64,000 nt of DNA from Gonapodya sp. JEL0774 (Eukaryota). Shown piece by piece: positions 37,009-48,652 of the stretch (positions are counted from its first letter, which is position 1; the number at the start of each line of letters is the position of its first letter). Position numbers and translations under genes: made by a program. Location of the stretch: the NCBI GenBank assembly GCA_027604505.1, contig JADIIX010000023.1, positions 124,001 to 188,000 of the forward strand. Reading direction: 5' to 3'. The notes beneath the pieces are model-generated. The model was not told where the DNA came from, searched no databases, and saw only the letters and a program-made list of their open reading frames with translations.

Positions 37009-38724
37009 CTACGCCTCCATCCAGGGGTCCGCTGATAGAATCGTTCCTCTACACTCTCCGAATCCGATCCTGAATCCGTCACCTTGCGCGTGCCCACGGA
37101 AAACAATCTCATCCCCGTCCTCAAGGAACTTTCGAACGAGTCCGGTGTCGCCGATGGCTAGCGGCTTGGATCCAAGGCTCGTCATCTCACAAAAGCATCC
37201 ACACTCCTGCAATGCCTGTATGATGACAATGATGTCGAAGGGGGTTGTTTTAATGAAAGGAGCTCTGCCAGGTCAAATCATCAAAGAGCATTACCTCGCC
37301 GGCGGTAATGGTTCCCGTTCCAAGCAGATCCCCTGTCCGAATCAGGCATCCACCAACCGTCTGGTGTGCCAACATGTGCCTTCCATTCCAGTAGAGATGT
37401 TTCGCATTGGTGCGCGTAATGGTACTTGGTGTACTGAGGCCAGAAGCTAAACGGTGGGAGGACGGTGATGGCTTTAGCGCCAAAATTTGGCACTAAGGAT
37501 CACGGTCACAAACTCACGAATCAAATCAACTTCTAAGTTTATGTCATACCATCCCGTAGAGCTTTTGGAGTATGAGGAATCGCGCAGGTAAGGGGCAGGG
37601 TTAATGGCTTTGCTAGGTGGTTCGATGGAGAAAACGGAAAGGGCGTCCTGTCGACCGACATACTTAAGACTTGCAACCGTTTCGGGATTTGTCGAAGGGA
37701 AAGCTCACCAACGTGACGACCCATGGCGAGATAGAAGTGGCGAAGCTCTTTCCGTTGAAAGGCCCCAGGGGAACGGACTCCCATCCTGTCCGAATGACGG
37801 AGATTTGTATTACGACAGAAATTTGCTTAGGGGACGTTTCCATTCACCTTGGATGTCTCTGGCACTCCAGTCGTTTAGCAAAACGACTCCAAAGTAATGC
37901 TCTTCCGCTTTGGCCGGGGAAATTCTCTCGCCTCTGGAACCCACACCAACAATGTAACCCAGCTCCAACTCCATATCCAGCATGTTTGTCGGAGCAAACG
38001 AGGTTGTTTGTTCCCCTTTCTTGCGGAAAAGACCCATGGGTCGTTTAACGCCGGAGCCTGAGACCTGAATTGTGGAAGACCTTCCGTGATACGCAATGGG
38101 CAAATCTTGAGTGTTAGGATGCATGTCTTTAGCACCGAATATCCTGCCCATGGTTTGCATATGGTTCATGGACAAGGAAAAGTCGCTGAAATCACTTGGA
38201 GCGAACGGCATATGCTGACGAGTGCTTTTCCATGGAACCAGAAGTTTCTCTCGCAGTGACGGAGAATCACGAACAATCGCACAATCTTCGGAGAGAAGAC
38301 TGTAAGCACCGAGCAAGATATAGAAAGATGATGTAAATTTAAATACCAAGCCTCGTAAGATACAGATGAACTCACTGCTGGAGTGTCGACCTCGCTTCGC
38401 GCCACGCTGGCTTTCCAAGCTCCATGAAGGCATTCAAAGTAGGTTTCGAAAATACCTCTTTGCCCACAACCCGCAGCTCCTTTCCGTCAAACAGCCCCGC
38501 TGCAGCAACTTCCTGGAGGTCAACGACGTAGTCGCCAACAATGGTGGCTGCACGAGGAGCCGGCTGTAATTTCCATGACCATAAAAGGAATTTCAGATCT
38601 GGACATGCAGGCGCTGTAAAGGGCAGCTCACCTTGTCAGTAGTCGAAATGATTCCAAATGGGATGTTTTGGATGGGAAAGTCCGAGTCTTGGGAGTAGGA
38701 CACAAAGCTTTTCAAAGAAGACAT
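37009..38724 (-). CDS. FAH: Fumarylacetoacetase-family hydrolase (divergent FAH/fahA homolog), multi-exon
   Basis: Motifs [75 protein letters not shown] and [14 protein letters not shown]...IGFGECRG. Confidence 0.9.
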
Positions 38725-39230
38725 GGCTATAGCTATTCGGAGGAGAGAATTCGAAATTCCCTTGGAGGCCCATCACTGCTTTTGGTTTTGGCGGGAGTGA
38801 GAAACTCCGCGCCGGGTGATTTGGTCCCGGCGGATTGTCCCGCAGGTGGAACTTGAACAGCCGAACATTACTTTTCAACTGTATTTATTTCACACACTTT
38901 TGCGAGTCCGGGACAGGATCTAAGACAATCCAGCAGGCCCGGTTTGCCACAAGTTAGAAAGGGACACCAAGTGCTATTGCGCCCCATTCATGGTCATTAT
39001 GAAAATCATGGTGTTCCCCTGAATACTGATTGAGGAAGAAGAATCTGCATTCAGTAATCGTAATCAACTTCGTTTGGAAGCAAGATAAAGCATGCCATTA
39101 GAAGAGACAATAGTGCATAAATTACATGTGATGGTTCCCGCCCAGGTATACGTAACGTCCATAACAAATAATGGTGACTTTGAAGAAACATTTTTCGCAT
39201 TCAGAAGTAGCCCAGCATGAGTGCAATCAA

Positions 39231-41833
39231 TCACTTGCTGTTTGCGACGATTTCGGCCCAAACACACAAATCACGCAGCTCGGATGACAACCTTGTTGCA
39301 TCTGGCCACCACGACGAATAAAAGTCGATCTCCCTGATCACCATTTCGACGTCACCTTGGGAGGTTTCGCCTCCACCTGTCGAGTTTCGGTTGATGAGTG
39401 ATATATTGCGGGTCACACAGAATAATTAACTCACGGACAATCTGGCAAATCCAAACTAAAAATAGGCCATTTCAGTTAGATTGTATTCGCTTCACCACCA
39501 GCCTTGAATGTACTTACTCAGTGAGCATTGATACAAGCAATACAGAGAGAATGGCGTCAAGAAAATGCCGCACCCGAAGAATCGCTGGATGAGTTGGCGA
39601 AGAGCAAGTGAGTGCGACAAAGCTTTTTGGAAACTTCGGCTCGTCAGCCAATGAACTGGGGCACTTGTGGGGTTGAGTGGGCTATTCATCGTAATAAATG
39701 CTGAGTGGTAGAGGACGAGCGCACGTGCATATTCTGGTGAAAACTCTGGCGAAAAGGGAGACCGCTTGGCTGCCGGATATGTTTCGACAAACATTTCGTA
39801 CCAAGCAGACTGGATACAAGCAAACGATACCTCAAAATCAGCGCACATATTACGCGGATAGAAACATTATGACATCAAAACATACAAGGAGGCCCTCCAA
39901 GTCGCGCGTCCCTGGATGATCCTTTGACCAATCCCGGTCAGCTCGCAACGCCTGAGCTTGCCCAATGATATAAAACGGTTCCAGAGGACTAATAGATGCA
40001 ACAGGACTTGCGAACGGATTCCGAAGGGTCCTCGATGTCGACCAAGGCATGGGGTTTGCTTCCCAGATCTCATCTGAAGCCAGAGGCTGGAGTTGGAGCT
40101 CAACATCACTGATCAGTGGGGCTCGAGTGTGAATAAAGGCGCCGATACGATCCGCTCCAAACAACGCCCAGCCTGTTAAGCCCGTAGTGTAACGTAATGC
40201 AATGACGTGGAGAACAATACCAATGACTCAATGCCAGTGATGCTCACCTGTCCGTCGTTGCTGCTCCTCTGCTATCCAATCAGCACTACCAGGTATTTCC
40301 TGGATGACCCGATCTGGACGCAGGCTCGGATCGACAAACAAGTTGTTTTCTCGAGCTTTTCGCACGGCCAGGGCCAAAAGTACAGATGGAGTACCTCTAA
40401 AACAGTATCAGAGGTTAAACTGTAAGCAACTTAACAAGGAAAACCGATTGTACTGAGAAGGTCACGTGTGGCATTACCTGTCTTGCCCTGATGCGTACTG
40501 GCATAAAAGAATTAGGGCTTGAACGAAAGAGATGTCGTCAGGAATCTCGTTGCCAAGCTCTTCTAAAATACGCTTGCATCGGGAGAACAGGGCGTTGCCC
40601 AATCGACGGTTGGCGATCACACTAACACAGCCGTCAGTTCAAAATGGTGACAGAAAACAAGGACGACAAGGACGAAAAGTCTACACGTACTTTTCTTCAG
40701 AACTGGTCGCAGCAACAGCCATCACGGAATATACGAGGAGGGGCTGCTGTTTCGAAAAGTTGGCGAGAAACCTAGATTAAAATAACATGTGTAAGAAGTT
40801 GTGTTTGCTTCCAACACCCTGATGTCACATGTGACTCTGCCCTCACGTGGGTCGGTGAATGGGATTGATTGTGCGAACGAAACGATAATCCCAATTGTAA
40901 CGAAAGAATCGTGATACAAAGGCGTTGACAATTTCCGGGGAGGGGAGAGGGTCCAAGTCGTCGAATATTCCCACCGGACGAAGTATGGGCAGTGCTTCTT
41001 CGGGAACGGGTACACCATCACCCAGCAACGCAGCCTCTTGACTCAATGGCAGATGAAAGTCACTGGTAGATTGTAGAAGCAGGTCTACGTCTGACATAAA
41101 CTCAGCGTCATGAGGCTTGTGGGGCATTGTGAGGTCGAAGAATGGGGAGCCCGCCGCTGCTAGGTTGCCAGAACACGACACCGAGGGTGCAGGTACCCCG
41201 TGAAAGGAAAGACGGCGCATCTCTTCTCTGAAACTCTCCACCGTCGTTTCCAAATTTCGAAGTACACCATCGACAACGTCTCGTGGTTTTGCTCCAGTCC
41301 GATCTGGGATGCCGGGGCGTTGAAAGTTTCCACCACCTTCGGGGGAGATCACGTCCATAGCTTCGTTCATAGCGCTCATCAGAGAAGCTTCCACTGCGAT
41401 GAACCGGGATTTGAGCTGCTCGAGCCAGCCACGACGAGGACCAGGACCGATGCGGAGACGTTCAAAAGAACAAGGTAGATTCTTCTCGCTGCATTTGTTG
41501 CAAGGGTCATTTCCATCACATCGGTCTTAGACCCATCGAGTTGAAACGCTCGCTGAAACTGTGCCGTTTATACCAACAGGAGAAGGAGGATGCCTACTCA
41601 CCATGACGAGCATTGCACTGCGAGGCCAATAGGGCATTATAGAGGGATTTAACGCACTGGAATCATCACAGTCGCAGTAGAAACAAACGCACCCCATCAC
41701 AAGCTTGAACGGTGCACAAGCAATCGTTCAGTTGGTGTGCCGCCAAAGAGAGACTGACCAACCACCACTCACCTTTCGGAGTTCTCTTCTTCCTCGGGTT
41801 TCGCTCTTTTTCCTCCTCTGATGTATTATCCAT
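39231..41833 (-). CDS. Zn(II)2Cys6 fungal transcription factor with fungal-specific middle homology region
   Basis: The spliced cluster ACDG|CNARH|DRCDGNDPCNKCSEKNLPC fits C-2-C-6-C-5-C-2-C-6-C. It is followed by LPSPEIVNAFVSRFF and LQLQPLASDEIWE, typical of the Fungal_trans region. Confidence 0.85.
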
Positions 41834-42999
41834 TTGATGCTCAGTCTCCTTGTGATTGAAGGAAATTGACAAGTAACCACAGATGTGATTATGTTCGGCT
41901 GGGAGATGTTATCGAGGCTCGAGGTCCAGCGGGGTTCATTATCACCCGGTCGGCGGGAAACCCTGAAAGAGCATAAAAATTGCTCCAAACAAAATGTCCG
42001 CTTGCTCACACACTCCAATGTGCATAACATAGAAAAAAATTCCGAATCTTAAACTCCGTGCTTCGAGAAGTGGCCGATGTTGAATGCAAGACTGAGAAGC
42101 GTTGGGCGGACTTCAGGACAGTTCCGAAGTTGCTCGTGCGCTTGAATGAGGATTGTCTAATAACCTCCTCTATTCGTGGGTTTCAGACGTTTCTTTGTGT
42201 CCTGCGCATTCCCTGAAGGTAGATGGCCGGCGCCGCTTGTCTGGTGCCACAGCACATTACGAGGACGACACTGTATGCATCAACAACACAGCCCATGACA
42301 CCTCCAAGTTTCGACGAGATATCATCGGAAATAAGACGTGCCATTGCTACTCGCACCCCCCCCTCAAGAGCTCTACCCTCTCCGATTGGTCTCGCGGTCC
42401 TGGAATATTGAAGCCATGTACCTCTTTTCATGGGAAGGTTGTGAAAAGGTCGGGTCGGGAACGTGCCCGAATGTTGCACAAAATGAAACGGAATGGCTCT
42501 CTCAGACTTTGGACGGTTTCTCTGCACACTCCTTATTGACGACACCAGACATGTGTAAGAAGCGCCTTATTGCCAAGATGGTCATCGAAATCCGAGACGA
42601 TGTGTCATCGATTTCAGCTCCACGGTACGCGGTCTAAAATTGTGGGGACGATTTCCACTTTGAATTTGTTGTGCGTTGCGCCAATTCAAAGCAGCAAATT
42701 GTTGCGGACGTCCTCAATGGCCTTCAAAGTAAGGGATGTCGACTTGGTGGCCGCGATGCGCTTGGGTGCCTTCGTACCCACTCTGCCCTGGGCCGCGTCT
42801 TGCACGACTGTCGGTACCTCAGTCCCATTGCAAAGAGGAAGGTACTTTGGATAATTCATTCAGGGATCACTTTCAACCCTCCTCGGTTCCGTATGCGAAT
42901 AACTATGGTGGAGGAATGGACGGTGGAACGTCTATTCGCCGGCGCCATGAACAGTTCGTACTCCCCTCAACGAACGCTGTCAGGCAGTCGGTCCAAACA

Positions 43000-45164
43000 A
43001 TACTTTGCACTACAGGTTACCAATTTGCTCAGGCGCGACACTCAATTCCATTTTCCACCTCTCCACATCGCATCAAAGAGCGCGGACGCGAAACCAGGTT
43101 GCACCGCACCAACTTTCAGCTCCTTCAGCTCTCACATCCGTACCCCAACAAGCTGCGCACTCCAGCTTATTCATCCACACAGCCTGCGTGAACCTCGATT
43201 TCTGTGGGAGCTATGCATTCCGCGCAAGCGCAAAGCGGAACTGTTCCAACTCGTTTTTGAGCAGCACTCTGCCGATTTTCACAAGATCGCAACAGGGGTA
43301 CTCCAACTTTGGGGGGGATTGCGAAATAGAAAATCTTTATAGCGGGTCCGTGCTGTTTTCAGCATCAGGCTTGTTCGGCCCAGAACAAAACACCTTCTCC
43401 CCCTACGTTGGCATTCGGAGACACTTCAAGCATTCAGCTCGCGTTCCTTATTCGCTTAGTGGTTCCATGGACCCGTTTGCGTGGTCGACATCACCAAAGG
43501 CAGTGGCAGGAACGTCGCAGAGCAAATGTCTTCAGTACCTACCAACAACAGCCCCCTCTGCCACAGATCAAGTCAATGCTCTCTTGACGCTCCTGAGAGC
43601 CTTGCTGGGCTCATAGTCTCCATGCGGCACTCTCCATCTGGAAGCTGACGCCCAATCGTTCTTCGGACAAACATTGAGTGGGTTCCTTTCCAGCCAGCTC
43701 GTGACTCACAACGCCGACCCTCGAGGAATGGCTAAGTACAAACTCACAGAGAATCACTGCGCAGGGTCAGCCTGGAGGGGATGTCGCCTACCTGATTCAG
43801 TCGATGTAGGTCGAGGTTGAGGGCGATAGTGGGTTTCCATCCAGCTTTGATCATCTCGATCACGGATCAACATCTTCGAAAGGCAGGGAAGCTGACTTGG
43901 TATGATGCGGGAGCTGTGACTGTGATGAGGTTCATATGGGATGTATATGTGAACATGGCTTTCAAGTTTGCAGATGGGAGGAGCAGAATGGAGCGATTGT
44001 TCAAGATCCTACATATGCAGGAACCAGCGCTTGTGGAGTGTTGGTGTGGTCGTTTGAGTTCTTGCTGTAGCTCTTTGTTTGCTGCAACCTCGGTTCCCCT
44101 CTGCAGTTCTGCGATGTTTGAATGCGGCGACGGGGAATCTCTTGACATACCAGATACTCGGTGCTGTCCTCCGTGGCACCCGCACGTCGTCCAAAAGTGT
44201 GCATACTGCTTTGAAACGTGGAGAGTTGTGGCTCGCAGAATCACCTCAAGTGTGCAGTGCTGGTGTTTACTTGCGGTAACATGGGACAGTACATGATTGT
44301 TGAAGCTAACCAACTCTTAACCGATTTTAGATGAGTGTGAAAGACAATAAACTCAATTTGTACAGTTTCAGGCATCTGTGATTGCTACGTCTTGTGTCGC
44401 AACAGTGACTAGTGTTGGACAGTGAGCAAATCCGCTCTTAGGTTCAGTACATGAACGCATCTCCGTCCCAAGTCCATAAAGGTGATGCCGAGAACTCATG
44501 ACCTCGAAAAAACGTGAATCGGTATCTTTTGTAGTGGCCAATACTCGGAGAAAGCTGTCCCATGAAGCGTAATCTCCGCACGAGATGCGACTTGAGAGAT
44601 AGTAGCTTACTACAAAGTCAACGTCCACCTCAACTGTCATGATTCACGACACCTCATGGTGCCGCCGCCCAAATGCACGAAGGGAATAGGCAAGCGCTCA
44701 TATCCATTCGAACCCGCGAAGATGTCCGTTGGGTCCTACTTTTCGTTAGTGGTTGCTTCTACTACTGCCTCTCTTGCTGCTTTCCTTCTCCCTCTAAAGT
44801 CCAACGTTCCTGCAATCTCCTCCACAACTTCGCATGCCTCTCCAACCGCGGCAACCTTCCTGCACAGAGTTTCCGCATCAAGAACGACACGATCCAGCAT
44901 GCTCGCTATGAGAGCCAGAGCTGGGTCTCCGTTTGAAACGAATTTGCTTGCAATGTGAGCGGGTGAGTGTGGGGATGTTTCCGGAACAGTTGCACGGGCA
45001 ACGGAACGAGAAAGGCTAGAGATTGAAGAGAGTAACTGCTGGCTTCGTGTGGAGACCGAAACACGTGATGCTGCAAGATAGGACTGTAGCGAATCAGAGG
45101 GAGCGAGGACTTCGGACTTGGAGGCTCGAGAAGAGGGGACAGAAAACAAGAGCTGCTGTGACAT
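43000..45164 (-). pseudogene. Interrupted ORF fragments, probable decayed gene (weak resemblance to COG4-type helical tethering subunit)
   Basis: A 142-aa protein-like helical ORF (44736-45164) is followed by protein-like fragments in shifting frames. I could not remove their stops with plausible introns. Confidence 0.25.
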
Positions 45165-45259
45165 GATTCCTCAAGCTAGCCTCTGTCACTTTCATGGAAG
45201 TTGAATATTGATTGAATTGGTGATGTGACCGAATAGTGCACTGTATTAATAGGTTGACT

Positions 45260-47212
45260 TTAGCCGAATGCATTTCCCTCTCCCTTGCCTCTAAGTCGCT
45301 CAGTCATCAGTTCATTAATTCTGGATGTATCACCCTCCACTTCTCTCTGTCCGCCCTTATGGTCTAACTTCTCCACCGCATTGGCAAATGCCAGATTTAG
45401 ACGTGCGCATCGCTCATCACTGCTTCCGGATCCCATGTTTAAGAAAGTCGGAGCATAACCAACAGCTGTTTTGCGGTTGTGATCCCACTGCAAGCAAAAT
45501 TCACAAGTGAAATCAGAAATGCTCGATCGGGCACGGAAACAATATCGACCACACCTGAATTATTGATCCCCCGAGTCCAGACCAACCAGTCCATGACCAT
45601 CCCTCACCCTTATATTCCTCAGGAATTGTTGGTGTCGGGGGCTTCGTGGACATGTCGAGTCGAATGTTGGGGATCTTCGTGCTGGGTTGTGATGAGCCGA
45701 ACCCACCGTGCGTCGTTCGAATGGGACCCATCAACACGGCATCTGGTAAGGGTGGAAAGGGATAAGTATTGAACGAGCAGATAACACTCTTCGTAGACCC
45801 ACCAATCTGGTCCAAGTTCCTCTGTTCGAGAGTATGAGCCTCAGCAAACGTGACAGCATCTGCTATGTCTACGCCACCAAAAGATCCACCCATGGCCATA
45901 ACATTGGCAAAAGCAGCAAGCTGGCGGACATCCGCTAAAACTCAATACGGCCTCGAGCCAACAACGAAATCAGACGATAATGGTCACACTCACACCCCTG
46001 GCATTTGTGCATGTAAACGCACTTGGGACCTCGCCTCTCAATACCTCGACGACATTGCTGTGCAAAACATTTTCCTCTGGGAAGGGCACATCTGTCACAC
46101 TCGAATTCACCAACGATTTGAAGTGTGGATGATCTGGGCCCAGACTGTGGGCAAACCCAATCCCGGCTCTGGCACCAGGGCCCCAGATGACAGGAACATA
46201 GTAATTGTCGCTGGAGAAGTTCACCTTTGGTTGGTATGCCGTCGTGCATCGTCATGGAACAACAGAACTGAGACACTAACGCTGACTCTGGAAGTCCAAC
46301 ATAGACTTTTACGCCCAGCGTCGAAGCTAATTCTGCGATACACTGGCCTTGAGAGGCGCCAGTTGTTCGACGGAGAACTGAGAGAATTGAGATGGAAAAT
46401 GGTTGGTTTAGGTAGTTCTCAGAGCGAGCTATGTAGAGAAAAATACTAACTCTCGTTTAGAAACCATCCTCGGGTAACTGCGTGATAAGCCTTTGTAAGT
46501 ATTCCATCGAAATTGTGAGGTTGGGATGCGATGCGCTTTGCGAGAGCATCGAGGTCACGAAGTTCTGCCAGTGAGGGGCGATGATCACTATCAAGCCAAG
46601 CCACGCCACCCTAAATTTCAGAAACCATAAGACGATGTTCTAGTGTGTTTGAAGTTGCATCGGCGAAGGAGGGTCATTGACTTCGCACAACATGCGCACC
46701 TGGTGTTCCAACAAGTCTTTCACGGTGACATCTTCTTTGCTACCTTCTGCAAACTCTGGCCATATAGAGGCAATCTTTGTGTCGAGAGAGAGCTTGCCCT
46801 GTGAGATTGCGCGAAGAATCGACATGCCCATCAGTGCCTTTCCGCCTGTAAACAAGCAGTGGTGAGTTTTGGAGCGTCAACATGACTAGCATTGTTCGTA
46901 CTATCCAATATGCAACGTACTCGAGTGCACCACGAAAACATTTTCGGCTGTTAGAGGACGTGTCTTCTCGGAATTTGCCCATCCGCCCACAAGATCTACG
47001 ACCTTCTCGCCCTTGTCTGTAAACAAAAACAAGATTGAGCAGTCAGTGCTGAGCAGTGCAATTCTATGGTTTGTCTAAGTCAACTTACAGTAAGCTACAT
47101 ATCCAGCACCAATTTCCGCACCGTCTCGGAAGTTTTTTAGAAAGGCATCACGGACGGTCTCAAAGCCAGGAGCAACAGTCCCTGTGATGTTGTGTTCCTC
47201 AAGTGTTGACAT
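45260..47212 (-). CDS. Beta-lactamase-family (class C/EstB-like) serine hydrolase, multi-exon
   Basis: Motifs GTVAPGFETVRDAFLKNF, KVVDLVGG, spliced SxxK motif HS-S|GK, IASIWPEFAEGSKEDVTVKDLLEHQ|GG, AYHAVTRGW, LRGEVPSA and GWSGLGGS. Confidence 0.88.
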
Positions 47213-48652
47213 GGTTTCTAAGTGAGAGATGCGTTAGATTGTCGGATATCGGAACAATGAAAAGCCGTGGTGTAGCGCGCAAAGTGAATCTTTATGAATT
47301 TACCACTATTTACTTAAAATAAAGACAGTTAGACTAGGAGAAGCTAGAGACTGTCGCTAGAAACTGATAAGTAACTTTGAAACAGGTATGCTGTCCAGTT
47401 GACAAGAAGACGGCAGGCCCCGTTCAATTAGCAATTGGTTCTGTGAATTGAAGAGACTCCATGAAAATGTCCATGTATGTGTCCATGTTTCCTCAATGAA
47501 ACTACAACCAGACGCTTGGAGAAGGGGGAACCTCCCTCAGCGTAGTTTGGTTCTAGTAACATACCTGGGGGTGTGTCGACATACATATCTGGGAGGGGGT
47601 GCATATCCAGGTGGGGTGTTGTAACCATAATCTGGACTGGAAGACTTTGGGGAACTCATGGAAGTGGTCACAATATTCGAACTGGTTACTGGATCAACCC
47701 TCTGACTCTCCAACATGCGCGGAGATGAACTCCACCCCTCACTTGGAGCGAAAACTTCTCTTCAGTACCACCACCCTGACCAACAAAATGGAGCTAGTAG
47801 AGCCTGGTGGGGTAATAAATGAGAAGTCTAAGAACGTTCTTATGGGAACATACTTATCACTGCACCCCGAGCGATAAAGCATCCAACTCAGTGTATCGGC
47901 TGAGAACGTCACAGGCATTTTGCATACTCCTCGTCTCATGTGATTGAATGTATCTCAGTCGATACACTGAGTCCCAGAAGGCCCTGGGTCCGTCATCCAC
48001 CAAGACCTATCTGAGAACTGTCCGACGACCCAATGGCAGACACCACATACAGGTAAGTAGAAGTCCGCGACAAGGGAAGTTGTCAAAGACCGTCGGTATT
48101 ACGCATCACTCTGTCCTCCCGGGATACCACCAACGGAATCGGATTGATCGAGAGTGGTAATTGAGGAAGGATTTCAAGATGAGAACAGGGAAGTGTTTGA
48201 AAGCACAGAGTGATGTGGATGGACTGGGATCATTGTGAGATAAGGCACAGGTGGACAGGAGAACCAACTCCCGACGAGAACGTGTCGGACATTGGTAAGC
48301 TCGCTTTCCACCGTTCCCAGAAGCAAAAAGTGGCCATAATCGCATCGGTTGCGGTATTCTTGACATGGTTCAATCACCGGGTTGCTGTTATGTAATGTTG
48401 AAGAATCAGGAAACACGCTTGCCACAAGAATAGGTGACGTGCACGCTCACCTGTGGAGGTCTTTCACTCGTGAACTGCTCACTTCTCATTGTAGTAACAG
48501 CAAATTTGCCCCACTGTATGTACGCGTCTGTAACTGATCTGGGCGTTATGTATACATACCACAGACTGTTTCAAGTCTTGCTCCGCATTCACAAATAAAA
48601 AGTTGGTGTATATATTGAGTCATTATCTGACCAAGTGCACGATAATCCTCTC

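Noticed and set aside
45260..47212. Antibiotic-resistance beta-lactamase or bacterial contamination
   Set aside because: The gene contains introns and its motifs fit the widespread esterase-like serine hydrolase family; nothing indicates beta-lactam hydrolysis.
47400..48450. Possible transposase or kinase relic (e.g. CCNHNL, TIFELVTG)
   Set aside because: The fragments are too short and unordered, and I see no terminal repeats or catalytic motifs.
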